NCBI GenBank assembly: GCA_021498125.1
Contig: JAIZWL010000001.1
Location: 1,388,676-1,452,675, forward strand
Reading direction: 5' to 3'
From: Candidatus Thorarchaeota archaeon
GTDB taxonomy: Archaea; Asgardarchaeota; Thorarchaeia; Thorarchaeales; Thorarchaeaceae
DNA: 64,000 nt
The translations under genes were made by a program, and so were the position numbers. Numbering within the stretch: position 1 is the first letter of the stretch; each line of letters opens with the position of its first letter. Below, piece after piece: positions 49,892 through 60,151 of the stretch. The notes beneath the pieces are model-generated. The model had not been told where the DNA came from and did no database searches. It was given only the letters and a program-made list of their open reading frames with translations.

Positions 49892-50515
49892 TTATTGGAT
49901 TCTCTTCTCATAGAGAACCTCGTCAATGTAATCGTGTGGCATTTTGAAATGTTTCTCTCTGATACCTACGAGTCGATATCCAACTGATTCGTAGAGATGT
50001 CGTGCCACTTCGTTATCCGCAAAAGTGCTGAGGACAATTTTCTCAAAGCCATTTTCACGAGCTACGTCGTCCGCGGCTATCATCAGCGATTTTCCAACGC
50101 CGATCCCCCGTAGCCCTTTGATCACAATGATTCCCAGTCGTGCAACGTGCTTAGATGCTTCCCACTCTTCCGGCTGAAGGCTCAAGTGTCCTGCATATTT
50201 ATAGTCGATCTCCGCAACAAGAAGTGCCTCGGTCGTTCTACGTGTCCGGTGTATCCACGATATCCAATCTGAGACAGTCCCATTTGGATGAAGTGTTGGT
50301 AGCCATCTCTGTTCGCTCACGACTTCTCGAAACCCTTTGTGAAGTGTTTGTGCATCTTCAGGAAAGGCGTGGCGCACTATGATGTGTCTATTGTCCGTAC
50401 TTGTAAACTCCCAATTTTTCAATGGCAGGACCCGGCCAATGCGACGAGCTGCATAGAAAAAGGATTGTGGTGTGGCAGTTTCCTTTTTGACGAAGTCAGT
50501 TGGTCGTCTAATCAA
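49892..50515 (-). CDS. GNAT family N-acetyltransferase
   Basis: CoA-binding motif IKGLRGIGVGKSLM and YESVGYRLVG. 207 aa. Confidence 0.7.
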   Translation of the reverse strand: MIRRPTDFVKKETATPQSFFYAARRIGRVLPLKNWEFTSTDNRHIIVRHAFPEDAQTLHKGFREVVSEQRWLPTLHPNGTVSDWISWIHRTRRTTEALLVAEIDYKYAGHLSLQPEEWEASKHVARLGIIVIKGLRGIGVGKSLMIAADDVARENGFEKIVLSTFADNEVARHLYESVGYRLVGIREKHFKMPHDYIDEVLYEKRIQ

Positions 50516-51158
50516 TTCCGGAAACTATGTATCCTCTTGCTGCTCTTAACAGATCTGAGATGTCCGTGAAAACGCGCTCAGTCCCACGAACTACGACTTG
50601 CAAAGTCCCTATATTTATGGTAATGATCACACTGCTGAGCATTATGGTCATTATGATTATCATTATCTGATCATGCATGAACATCATATCACCGCCTAAC
50701 CAGAAGTCCAATGGATTTGTATATGTCTGGATTATTACTCCCTCTAGCCATGAGAGAATGAGAAAATTATGCTTGGCCGTAGCAGCGTACGTGATCAGCC
50801 GCTCTTTCTTTTCTGTTGAGATTTCATACCTTTGTGACAGGAATGGAATGAGTTCGCTCTCATACCAGTTTCTTCCCGGAAACCGCGAGTACAAGAAGCC
50901 TCCTATGCAGAGTGTGACAGCCAATGGAAGACCGTAAATGCCAAAGATAATTGAATCAGTTAGTATTTGACTTGTCACGATAATCGCAGCAAGGGCAAAA
51001 TGTATGTTACGCACTATCTTATTTCGGGGATCAGGTTTTGGCTCCGGTGGTCCGAAACCTTCTTCTTGTGATCTCCCTTCATACCACTTGTCCAATAATA
51101 TCGCCGTACAAGATTTTTGATAAAACATGGACTGATTACTTTTACACTTTTGCGTCAT
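50508..51158 (-). CDS. Membrane protein (hypothetical, about 5 TM)
   Basis: 216 aa, hydrophobic. Confidence 0.35.
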   Translation of the reverse strand: MTQKCKSNQSMFYQKSCTAILLDKWYEGRSQEEGFGPPEPKPDPRNKIVRNIHFALAAIIVTSQILTDSIIFGIYGLPLAVTLCIGGFLYSRFPGRNWYESELIPFLSQRYEISTEKKERLITYAATAKHNFLILSWLEGVIIQTYTNPLDFWLGGDMMFMHDQIMIIIMTIMLSSVIITINIGTLQVVVRGTERVFTDISDLLRAARGYIVSGID

Positions 51159-51259
51159 TCTGGTACGTTCCCTGCATTTGCGCTAGCTTTAAAAATGCCC
51201 CACAAGTTGAGCGTTCAATCGCCCGACTACATGCTATTGGGTATCAGGAAGGCGTAAGA

Positions 51260-52840
51260 ATGAGGAAAACGAGTCTGCTTACACTCCTAATCGTATCGGT
51301 GATGATCATCAGTGCATTCCATGTACAAACTTCGAATGTTGGTCTGTCCGCCAACCAAACTACGTTGGACAGCCCGACCTCAGTGAATACCTTTGCTGGG
51401 TACGATTCGGAAAACATCACGATAACACTACTATCTCCTGCAAACCAGTCTCAAATTGTTGGAACAATTAATGTGACTCTGAATATCACATCGGTCAATG
51501 GTCCTCTCAATCTTACTCTCTTCATAGAGAATGAGATCTACCCGTCTTATAATCAGACTCTGATCAGTCCTGGAGTTCAGAATGTCACGATTGATACGAC
51601 CACACTTGCAGAGGGCAACCTGAATTTCACATTTTATTTCGAGAATGCTTCATTTTCGGCACCTGAGCGAGAAACCTATCATCTCGTGTTCCTCGTCAAT
51701 AATCATGGCGCCCCACACGTAATCATTGTGGCACCTGATAGTGATGGTACCTTCACGGGCATGGACAATCTCACACTCAATATCACGTCGGATTATTTAC
51801 AGGTGTATCTTAACATCACTGTCAATGGTGAGATCACCCCTGAGTATAATCAGACCTTAGTTCCTGTAGGACTTGCAAATTATACTATCAACGGAAGCCG
51901 ATATGAGAATGGTGATAATACTGTTGAAGTCACAGTGTGGACTGAGGAGGGACTCTCTGCTACAGCCTCGCGTGTACTCTACTTCCTTGATTACATTCGA
52001 TTCACAATTGCAGGCTACACTCAATACAGCGAAGTGTCTGGTGTCATCAATATGACATTAAAGGTGTTCACACTTTATGACACGTTCAAGATGTCCGTGT
52101 TTGAAGAAAGCACTGGTACAACTATTGTGAACAACATTACTGTTAACAAGGATTCTCCTATTCTGTCAATTGACACAACCGATCTCTCTGAGGGCAATCA
52201 TAATATCACCTTTATTGCCTATGATGGATTTGGTCACAGCTGGAGAACCTACCTTCTCTTGGTGGTCAATAATCATGGGGCTCCGACAGTAGCAGTTGTT
52301 TCTCCGAAAGAGGACATTGTTGTTGGCACAGTGACCTTCTCTGTAGAGATCAAATCAACATGGGATACCGTGACGGTGAACGTCTATGTTGATGATGAGC
52401 TAGTCCCCTCCCTTAGCAATCTTACCGTCAGTCCCGGAGTGTACAATTTCTCTCTTGATGTCGGTGCTTACAGCAAATGGCAGCATACTCTGAAGATCGT
52501 CGTGGAGACCCCCGAAGGCCTGACTGCTGAGACCAGCCGTGACTTTGGATTTGCCTCGATCCGGCTTGAGGAGATCGCAAGTGGTATTGTCTTACTTGCT
52601 GTTGCCTTCTTCATTCCCATATATCGCGTAAAGAATCGCAGACCTGTCCGTTCAATGGTTCTCCTTGATGTGCTCTTCTTTGTAGTTGTTCTTGCCATCT
52701 TCTTTGCTCTTGGTGTGAGTTCGCTGAGCCTTGCGATCTGGCACTTTAACCTTGCAAGCATTTGGGCGATTGGTGTGACCCTCATCTTTACGAACTGGAT
52801 CTACCACTTGTTCCTTGAAGCCGAAGAGCAATCACAATAG
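51260..52840 (+). CDS. N-glycosylation-rich cell-surface protein with tandem duplicated domains and C-terminal TM segments
   Basis: Signal peptide MRKTSLLTLLIVSVMIISA. There are more than 25 N-x-T/S sequons. A repeated module has the LVFLVNNHGAPHVIIVAP / LLLVVNNHGAPTVAVVSP signature and N-QT-L-SPG/VPVG motifs. Two C-terminal hydrophobic helices follow. The ORF opens at 51038; the Met at 51260 is preceded by GGAAGG. Confidence 0.6.
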   Translation: MRKTSLLTLLIVSVMIISAFHVQTSNVGLSANQTTLDSPTSVNTFAGYDSENITITLLSPANQSQIVGTINVTLNITSVNGPLNLTLFIENEIYPSYNQTLISPGVQNVTIDTTTLAEGNLNFTFYFENASFSAPERETYHLVFLVNNHGAPHVIIVAPDSDGTFTGMDNLTLNITSDYLQVYLNITVNGEITPEYNQTLVPVGLANYTINGSRYENGDNTVEVTVWTEEGLSATASRVLYFLDYIRFTIAGYTQYSEVSGVINMTLKVFTLYDTFKMSVFEESTGTTIVNNITVNKDSPILSIDTTDLSEGNHNITFIAYDGFGHSWRTYLLLVVNNHGAPTVAVVSPKEDIVVGTVTFSVEIKSTWDTVTVNVYVDDELVPSLSNLTVSPGVYNFSLDVGAYSKWQHTLKIVVETPEGLTAETSRDFGFASIRLEEIASGIVLLAVAFFIPIYRVKNRRPVRSMVLLDVLFFVVVLAIFFALGVSSLSLAIWHFNLASIWAIGVTLIFTNWIYHLFLEAEEQSQ

Positions 52841-53755
52841 TCTGGTGATTGGGATCAGATTGGAGTCATTCACACTCCAGTCTGCTATCCCCTCATATTT
52901 TTCCCACTGTACTTTTGGAATGATCGTCTTTATTCTCTTCACCCGAAGTTTCTTTGCGAGTGTGGCTGCACGGATCGCCACAGTCTTCAGCAACTCTTCC
53001 TTCCCCTCTCTGACATCAGCAATGAATTCAACTGTGCCATTGTTGGTTCTTGCAACTACGCAGCTTCCAACAAGTTCGTTATTTTTATATAATTCGTATA
53101 CTGCGCCTCGTGTTGTACCTTCTAGTACAGGTTCCGCCAACCGTGATAGATGTCCGACAGGTGCAAGATGCGAGAACTTCACACTATATGGCAAGTGATA
53201 GAATTTTTCCAATGGCCTTGCTTGGATCGTCCTGCTCCTGCTATTTACTACACTTGAGATGTCTGCTTCAATTGTGAGCAGTGGCTGTCTGGCGAAGTAT
53301 CCAAGCTTCATCCAGAAGTTGTACGCTTCAGGTGGTGTATCTGTAAATGTTCTCGAAACACCACGTTCAGAGAGTATCTGTTCGGCTCTGCTGACCAACT
53401 CTCTACCTACTCCATGTTTCTGGTAACGTACATCGACATCAACACTGGTAATTATCCCAACAGTCCCAAGTGTGGGATTCTCTTCCGTACGAAAGATGAT
53501 CTCCCCTATGACCTTCTCATCGATCTCGGCCACAAGCCATCCCCAGCGTCGGAAAAACAATCCTTGGTGTTCTTTCTTGACTTCGTCCACATGGGTGTAT
53601 TTGTGATCTAACCAGCGCGTTGTTTGATATATTGTCAAGATGTCCTTACAATCTTTGAGCACACCTTGGCGAATCTGAGGTGAAGTCATCACAGTGGTCA
53701 TACCTACCCGTTGGTCAAAATAAACAAAAGAGTGTGTATCACTTGGTATGGTCAT
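52832..53755 (-). CDS. Tandem (two-domain) GNAT acetyltransferase
   Basis: First domain motif RYQKHGVGRELV...WMKLGY. The second half repeats a GNAT-like fold. Its start overlaps the stop of the upstream ThiR-like gene by 4 nt. Confidence 0.5.
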   Translation of the reverse strand: MTIPSDTHSFVYFDQRVGMTTVMTSPQIRQGVLKDCKDILTIYQTTRWLDHKYTHVDEVKKEHQGLFFRRWGWLVAEIDEKVIGEIIFRTEENPTLGTVGIITSVDVDVRYQKHGVGRELVSRAEQILSERGVSRTFTDTPPEAYNFWMKLGYFARQPLLTIEADISSVVNSRSRTIQARPLEKFYHLPYSVKFSHLAPVGHLSRLAEPVLEGTTRGAVYELYKNNELVGSCVVARTNNGTVEFIADVREGKEELLKTVAIRAATLAKKLRVKRIKTIIPKVQWEKYEGIADWSVNDSNLIPITRLL

Positions 53756-54672
53756 CTGATTTGTTTCACGATCGACTCGCAGATCTGCGCCAATTCGGTT
53801 GCTGTCGCTCCAAACAGATAGATCACTGGCTCTATACCAAATCCTCCTGGTATCTGAATCGCATACGGTGGTTGCTTAATCCTCTTTATTGCGGGTTCGG
53901 CCAACTTAGTAATCTCTTCAACTTCTGATGCTGGCTCTCTTAATTGAACCAATTTGAATCCGAGGCTCTTGACTGTTTCCGCAACATCATCTCTTCCAGT
54001 GATACACATACACGCCTGTGACATTGGAATCTTATTCTTGGCCCACAGAAGCAGGCTGGCCGTATGTTGCGAGGCCCCATACTCTGGTTCGGCCGGGGCC
54101 CTTGCGCGACCCTTGATGTCTGTGATTCGGCCGGGAACCCCTGCAACCTGTTCGACGGTTGTTGCATCTTCCGAACACGCTACGAGACTTGCGCGTACCT
54201 GTGGAAGTAATTGAATAAATCCAGTTGTACGTTCGATGATCTCGATAGCCCTGTCCATGTCTGCAAGTATCTCTGCTCTTTTCACAAACTTGTTCTGTCG
54301 TCCGAGCAGGTCGCTACAGATCTTGCACTTGACTTCTCCAAGTTGGGGGACAGTAGCCCTATGTCGGTGGCATAGATCACCACCTATTCTCAATTCCATA
54401 CATGTGGAACAGAGAATCTTGACCATGTCGTCCTGTCGTGCATTCTGTGGCTCGATGATCTTGATTAACTCTTGAACGCCTGATTCTATTGCTGATTTTC
54501 CAAATGTTGGGACAATTGGCCTGTTCAGATACTTTGACACTGCGGCTTGAGTGATATCCATCTGTCGCGCAATCTGATTCTGGGACAGGCCTCTCTCATG
54601 TAGTGCGAGTGCCAGACGTGATCTGAACGCCGGGAGGAATTCCTTCTGTACCAATTCGCAGGGGGGTCTCAT
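53752..54672 (-). CDS. HTH transcription regulator with Cys-rich linker and C-terminal ThiN-like domain (ThiR-like, putative thiamine-responsive)
   Basis: N-terminal HTH (GLSQNQIARQMDITQAAVSKYL). A Cys cluster follows (CSTCMELRIGGDLCHRH...CKICSD). A C-terminal about-190-aa domain (...GASQHTASLLLWA...MCITGRDD...) resembles archaeal ThiN. It is divergent from the ABC importer operon. Confidence 0.4.
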   Translation of the reverse strand: MRPPCELVQKEFLPAFRSRLALALHERGLSQNQIARQMDITQAAVSKYLNRPIVPTFGKSAIESGVQELIKIIEPQNARQDDMVKILCSTCMELRIGGDLCHRHRATVPQLGEVKCKICSDLLGRQNKFVKRAEILADMDRAIEIIERTTGFIQLLPQVRASLVACSEDATTVEQVAGVPGRITDIKGRARAPAEPEYGASQHTASLLLWAKNKIPMSQACMCITGRDDVAETVKSLGFKLVQLREPASEVEEITKLAEPAIKRIKQPPYAIQIPGGFGIEPVIYLFGATATELAQICESIVKQIR

Positions 54673-54740
54673 GGAATTTCAACCTTCAGAAAGATATTTA
54701 TCACACCTGTATATATAACTGTGTTGTATAACTCCCATAT
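54673..54740. promoter_or_regulatory. Divergent promoter/operator region between the ThiR-like gene and the ABC transporter operon
   Basis: A/T-rich (cctgtatatataactgtgttgtataact) with an imperfect CACA...TGTG inverted repeat. The tatatata box is TATA-like. Confidence 0.35.
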
Positions 54741-55874
54741 ATGGTGAGAGAGATGACCGAGTATCCACGGAGACGAGATCCTAAACGGTTGATTATCACA
54801 GTAGTCGTGATCGTGAGCGTGATAATCGCCGCCTTTGCCTTCATCACTTGGCCGCGTCCTAAGATGTATGTCTACACCTACGATAGTCTTCTCCTGTGGG
54901 GTGACGAGTCAAAGACCATTGATGAGACCGTCTTTGGCCCCTTTGAACAGCAACATGGTGTGGACGTGGAGATCGTGCGACTGAACACAGACGCGAACGG
55001 TATTGTTTCCCGCTTGGTTGCAGAGGCTGGGAATCCTGTTGCCGATGTAGTCATTGGGATTGATAATCTGCTTATTCTTCAGGAACAGGCGAAGAGCGTG
55101 CTTGTGCCGTACAACTCAACGAATATCGGTCTGGTCAATGATACGCTTGTACAGATTCTTGATCCTGATCATTATCTTACTCCGTTTGACTTTGGAGTTG
55201 TCACCATCATTTACTCATCTAACACATTGAATACTACAGTCATGCCCTCGCTAGACAGCCTCACCTTTTCCGAGCTTGGAACGCCCGATGTTGCGTCAAT
55301 GCTTGTCACTGAGAATCCACATCTCAGCAGTCCCGGACTCGCGTTTCTCCTCAGTGAGATCGCAGTGTATCATGGGATTCTTGGGACTGATTGGCGCAGC
55401 TGGTGGAGTGATGTCAAAGGACACATTGATGTTCAAGAGGGCTGGTCTGAGGCATGGTCCAAGTGGGACTCGGACCCCTCACGCCACATGATGGTAAGCT
55501 ATGGGACGGATCCTGCATATTCCGCCTATTACTCTCCGGACTCAAAACCAGCAGTAGGAACGGCCCCCCTGCATTACAACGCAAAGGACTATGCATGGTT
55601 ACAGGTGGAAGGTATGGGATTGGTCAAGAATGGTCCTAATCCCGAACTGGCAAAGGCCTTCATTGACTACTGTCTGACAGAGGCTGTGCAATCACATATT
55701 GCTCTGAACCAATGGATGTACCCCGCAAATCTGAATATTGATCTTCCAACGGTATTCGATTATGCGGTGCATCCGGACAACATAAATCCCCTTAACGAAT
55801 TTCTCCCCGCAACACTCATTCAGGCAAATCTGTCCAGTTGGTTGGATGAGTATGACCTGATTATGACCACATAG
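54741..55874 (+). CDS. ABC transporter substrate-binding protein (thiamine/Fe3+/polyamine SBP family)
   Basis: An N-terminal TM/signal anchor precedes a periplasmic-binding-protein fold of about 350 aa. It is the first gene of an SBP-permease-ATPase operon. Confidence 0.7.
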   Translation: MVREMTEYPRRRDPKRLIITVVVIVSVIIAAFAFITWPRPKMYVYTYDSLLLWGDESKTIDETVFGPFEQQHGVDVEIVRLNTDANGIVSRLVAEAGNPVADVVIGIDNLLILQEQAKSVLVPYNSTNIGLVNDTLVQILDPDHYLTPFDFGVVTIIYSSNTLNTTVMPSLDSLTFSELGTPDVASMLVTENPHLSSPGLAFLLSEIAVYHGILGTDWRSWWSDVKGHIDVQEGWSEAWSKWDSDPSRHMMVSYGTDPAYSAYYSPDSKPAVGTAPLHYNAKDYAWLQVEGMGLVKNGPNPELAKAFIDYCLTEAVQSHIALNQWMYPANLNIDLPTVFDYAVHPDNINPLNEFLPATLIQANLSSWLDEYDLIMTT

Positions 55875-55903
55875 ATTGGAGAACATAGACTGGAGATATT
55901 GGC

Positions 55904-57550
55904 ATGAGGCGTAGCTTGACTGCTCAGAACCTGCTACTGCTCATGCCGCTCGTCATTCTTGTTATCTTTATCATCTATCCAGTGAGTGTTGTACTAATCG
56001 AGGGCTTGCTTGATCCGAGAGGCTCTACTCTCGCCGAGGTGTTGAGTTCGCCGATCGTTCAGAGGATAGGACTCTTTACATTCACGCAGGCAGCTTTGAG
56101 CACGATTCTCTCAGTAGTCATCGGATTGCCAGCAGCAGTGCTTCTTGCACGGTTCAGGTTCAAGGGACGCTCAATAGTCCATGCTGCTCTGATCGTTCCT
56201 TTTGTCCTGCCACCTATTGTTGTGGTTGTGGGGTTTCTGAGAATGTTCGGTCCGTACGGAATTCTTGACACACTGGCAATGACTATTCTCGGTTCCTCGA
56301 CCTCCGTTCTTGACTTGGCCTCTGGAATGGGCGGGATCGTTCTTGCTCATGCATTCTACAATGTTCCACTTGTGACCCTGATGGTGTCCGCTTCTCTGGA
56401 ACGATTGAACCCCGAGATTGAGGAGGCGGCAGAGCTGTTAGGTGCAACCTCTATTAAGAAGTGGCAGAGGATCATTTTTCCACAGATACGCCCTGCACTT
56501 GCCGCATCTGCTATCCTCACCTTCCTCTTTTGTTTCATGTCATTCCCCATCGTCCTTGCACTAGGCCATGGTCAATACTCGACCATTGAGGTTGAGATCT
56601 GGAGCGCGTTTCGGATGTTCGACTATGGTGAGGCCAGTTCTCTGGCTCTCATGCAGCTTGTGGTCACGCTCGCGTTAGCAGCATCTTACTTTAAACTGGG
56701 TGGGCAACAGACGGGCGATCCCGGCAAGACATCATCAATCAAGACCTTCACCTTCTCCAACTTGAACATGGGTCTTCGTTTTGCAGTGGTTGTGTATGTT
56801 GTCGTCATGGTCTTTCTCATGGTCGGACCAATTGCCGCCATTGGGTTTGCAGCCATTTATGATCCGATCGTGCACTCCTACAGTCTGGCAGGATTTGCTA
56901 ACCTCTTAGTGATAGGTACTGGTGGTGGACTGCTTCCGCTGATCAACTCAGTCGTCTATGCTAGTATCGCCACCTTTTTTGCAATCGTTCTTGGAATTCC
57001 TCTGGCGTATGCTCAGGTCGCTCGTGGCAGGACCCTTCCCAAGGTCTCATCTATTATGATCATGCTCCCTCTTGGGATCTCTTCGATAACAATCGCCTAT
57101 GGTCTCTTGCGGGCAATTGCTGTTCCGCTTGGGCTCAGTACCAACCCTTGGCTTCTCATTGTTATCGCCCAGACAGTCATCGGTCTTCCCTTCAGTGCCC
57201 GGTCAATAGAACTGGCACTTCGAAATATTGATCCCGAACTGTTGCAGCAGGCTGACTCTCTTGGTGCCTCGCGTTTTCAACGGCTATTCTTTGTAGAGCT
57301 GCCCCTCTTGGCCCCCGGTATCTTGGTCGGTGGCGTCTTCGCGTTTGCAATGGCAATTGGCGAAATGTCTGCAACGATCTTTATCGCGCTTCCTCAGAAC
57401 TATACGCTGGCAGTTTCTATCTACCAGTACCTTGCAGTCCGGAAATTTCTTGAGGCTGGTGCCGCCGCCTTTGTCTTGGTGATTGTCTGTCTTGTGGCCT
57501 TCCTAGTGATTCAGAGGGTTTCAGGTGAGACCGCCGGAGGTGCTTTGTGA
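55904..57550 (+). CDS. ABC transporter permease, duplicated (two-module) ThiP/FbpB-type
   Basis: 548 aa with 12 TM helices. Two EAA-like loops are present (EAAELLGATSIKKWQRIIFPQIRPA and QQADSLGASRFQRLFFVELP). Confidence 0.8.
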   Translation: MRRSLTAQNLLLLMPLVILVIFIIYPVSVVLIEGLLDPRGSTLAEVLSSPIVQRIGLFTFTQAALSTILSVVIGLPAAVLLARFRFKGRSIVHAALIVPFVLPPIVVVVGFLRMFGPYGILDTLAMTILGSSTSVLDLASGMGGIVLAHAFYNVPLVTLMVSASLERLNPEIEEAAELLGATSIKKWQRIIFPQIRPALAASAILTFLFCFMSFPIVLALGHGQYSTIEVEIWSAFRMFDYGEASSLALMQLVVTLALAASYFKLGGQQTGDPGKTSSIKTFTFSNLNMGLRFAVVVYVVVMVFLMVGPIAAIGFAAIYDPIVHSYSLAGFANLLVIGTGGGLLPLINSVVYASIATFFAIVLGIPLAYAQVARGRTLPKVSSIMIMLPLGISSITIAYGLLRAIAVPLGLSTNPWLLIVIAQTVIGLPFSARSIELALRNIDPELLQQADSLGASRFQRLFFVELPLLAPGILVGGVFAFAMAIGEMSATIFIALPQNYTLAVSIYQYLAVRKFLEAGAAAFVLVIVCLVAFLVIQRVSGETAGGAL

Positions 57551-58614
57551 TGGTGCGTGTAGAATTACGGTCTCTAAGCAGAGTGTTTGCTGATGGTACG
57601 CGGATCGGCCCGATTGATCTCACGATCGAGCATGGAGAACTGATGACTCTCTTGGGCCCGAGTGGTGCCGGGAAGACCACGACTCTGAGAATGGTGGCTG
57701 GTTTTATTCGCCCTGATAGTGGAAACCTCCTGTTTGACGATAAGAGCGTTCTCAATGTTCCGCCACGAGACCGGGAGATCGGAATGGTCTTTCAATCAAC
57801 AGCATTGTTTCCGAACATGAACGTCTTTCAGAACATCTCTTTCTCGCTTGATATGGCGGGGTGGCCTTTTGAAGAGGTGGTCTCGCGAGTTGAAGAACTC
57901 GCCGATCTACTGAACATCAGGGGCCTGCTCAATAGACATGTCAATGAGATAAGTGGTGGTGAGGCACAACGTGTTGCTCTTGCACGGGCCCTGGCTCGAA
58001 ATCCCCGTCTTCTTTTGCTGGATGAGCCTCTCTCCGCTCTGGACCCACAACTGAGAGAACGCCTACAGGCTGAGATACGCCGGATCCAGAAAAAGTTGGA
58101 CATCACTGCTCTCTATGTGACTCATAGTCAAGAGGAGGCCTTTGCCATGTCGGACAAGATCGCTGTCTTGCGTGATGGTGTAGTCGTGCAGGTTGGTGAG
58201 CCTGAGGCATTGTATGAACATCCACAAGACGAGTTCGTTGCTCAGTTCATTGGTGATGGTAACGTCTTCGAGGGTACTATTATTGAGTCGCAAAGTGATC
58301 TGATGAAGGTTCAGATGGACGGGTTCCACTTTACGATTGCTGGTGATGGCCCCACTGGTGAGCGTGTGACCTTCGCTATCAAACCCGAGGATATCTCGGT
58401 CAATACAGATCCTGGTTCGGAGATCGAAGGTGTGGTCCAGAGTGTGGTTCCACGAGTGGGTGTCTATCGTGTCACGGTCTCGCTTGATGGATGCTCGGTG
58501 GTCGCTCTCATTGATGATGTTGATCTTGCACATAGGTTGCGTGCTGCAATTGGGGAGCGGGTCTCACTAAGTTTCGATCCACGTGATGCCATCGTGATCC
58601 GTATCTCTTCATAG
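57547..58614 (+). CDS. ABC transporter ATP-binding protein with C-terminal TOBE-like domain (PotA/FbpC-like)
   Basis: Walker A GPSGAGKTT, signature ISGGEAQRVALARAL, Walker B LLLLDEPLSALD. It overlaps the permease stop (GTGATGG), which suggests translational coupling. Confidence 0.85.
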   Translation: MMVRVELRSLSRVFADGTRIGPIDLTIEHGELMTLLGPSGAGKTTTLRMVAGFIRPDSGNLLFDDKSVLNVPPRDREIGMVFQSTALFPNMNVFQNISFSLDMAGWPFEEVVSRVEELADLLNIRGLLNRHVNEISGGEAQRVALARALARNPRLLLLDEPLSALDPQLRERLQAEIRRIQKKLDITALYVTHSQEEAFAMSDKIAVLRDGVVVQVGEPEALYEHPQDEFVAQFIGDGNVFEGTIIESQSDLMKVQMDGFHFTIAGDGPTGERVTFAIKPEDISVNTDPGSEIEGVVQSVVPRVGVYRVTVSLDGCSVVALIDDVDLAHRLRAAIGERVSLSFDPRDAIVIRISS

Positions 58615-58692
58615 AGGCATCCAATGTATCTACATGCGTGATTGCAGTCTTCGTCTCTCTGTACTGTTAGCGAGGCGTTCTGTGTCCGCTAT

Positions 58693-59844
58693 TCATTGTT
58701 CGCTGTCTGATGTTTTTCGTCTGTTAGATGATGCAAGCTCTGTTGCGGCAAGAGGCTCTTCTTCTGATGTCTCTTCCTGTTCGAGGGTCTCCCTTGCATT
58801 CTTGATGGGGGTCTCACCCGATTCTCCTGATTCTGCGCGCATCTGGCCATACTCATCAAGAAGTTCGGGAATTGATGATGGCTCGATAGGTATCTCGGGT
58901 GCGGTCTCAGCCTCTGACTTGACGATCTCCTCTACAAGCATTCGTTTATCGATCAGACCTAAGACACGTCGTCTGATATAATCCGGTGAGTTCACCATGT
59001 CGGGTACTCTATAACGTTCTAAGAGCAGACTGATCATTGCTATTGTTGCTCTGTCTTTTACGGCTGTGAAGATAAGGGTGAAGTTTAGCATGATTGAGAA
59101 CAGTGGTCCCACTACCACAAAGATCACGAATGGTGCGACCCAGAGTTCGGTATTGATCGTGAGTTCGATCCAGACAAGGATAATATCAATCCCTGCAACG
59201 AATTCAAGGAGGTCTTCCAGATCATCACCCACATTGCTCAGAGACCGGTCACGTGTATCGAGATGGAAGAGACCTGAGTCTTTGATGATCCAAGGCGCAT
59301 AGTAGAGCTGCATGACAGTGATGGGCAGAATGGCAACACTGGCCACCATCACGATTGCTCCGAATCTGAGAATGTCCATCTCGGTCGCGGTGCCCATGAG
59401 ATCAAAGCTCATTATCGTAAGTGCTATCCCTGCGACCAGAATTGAGCCATACAGCGATCTTCTGATGACCGTGCTCTTCGATTGGTCTGGGACATCCGGG
59501 CAGATGAAATATTCTCCTGTTCCATGTTTCAAGAATGAATGAATCTTGAGGAGTAATGTGATTGTTCTGGGTTTTCGTATGATGAGCCAGCAGATGAATG
59601 CTGCAATGACTGTTGCAATCGCAAGTCCCCACAGCATGTATGATGTGTACTTCACAATATCCGCAAATGCGAATCTGAATGGTGTGAGCACTGCAACGTA
59701 GTAGAGTAGGCCAAATGTTGATGCTCCCATTAACAGTACTGACAGGACGAGGCCTCCAAGAATCTGTTTAGGCCCCAGTTTCTTAGCCTCTGACAACTGT
59801 TTCATATAGAAGCTCAGTGATGCCTTTGAATCGCTCATCCTCAT
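58693..59844 (-). CDS. Polytopic membrane protein with acidic C-terminal tail (hypothetical)
   Basis: 383 aa with about 8 TM helices. The C-terminus is Glu/Ser-rich. Confidence 0.4.
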   Translation of the reverse strand: MRMSDSKASLSFYMKQLSEAKKLGPKQILGGLVLSVLLMGASTFGLLYYVAVLTPFRFAFADIVKYTSYMLWGLAIATVIAAFICWLIIRKPRTITLLLKIHSFLKHGTGEYFICPDVPDQSKSTVIRRSLYGSILVAGIALTIMSFDLMGTATEMDILRFGAIVMVASVAILPITVMQLYYAPWIIKDSGLFHLDTRDRSLSNVGDDLEDLLEFVAGIDIILVWIELTINTELWVAPFVIFVVVGPLFSIMLNFTLIFTAVKDRATIAMISLLLERYRVPDMVNSPDYIRRRVLGLIDKRMLVEEIVKSEAETAPEIPIEPSSIPELLDEYGQMRAESGESGETPIKNARETLEQEETSEEEPLAATELASSNRRKTSDSEQ

Positions 59845-60151
59845 CGAAAAGTATGTTGTAACGGTACAACTTAACTCTTAGTGGTGTCAATTTTGGTGAT
59901 CTGTGGTTGTAGTTGCAGAAAACAAATAGCCTTGCAGTTGATTTTAATTTGTTATGATATGTGTGAAGACTTAATATTAGATAGTTTTCAGGCTCAAAAT
60001 TTATTCGATATGCATCTATGTCTAACGGACAAAGAATAATAAAGGCTTCATACCCCGTGATTTATTGTCGATTGTGCAAACATTCATTTAGCACGAATCA
60101 TCCCTCATGAAAATGTTGGGCTCCGGCGAAAAGTAATAGTAGTGAGTTAAA

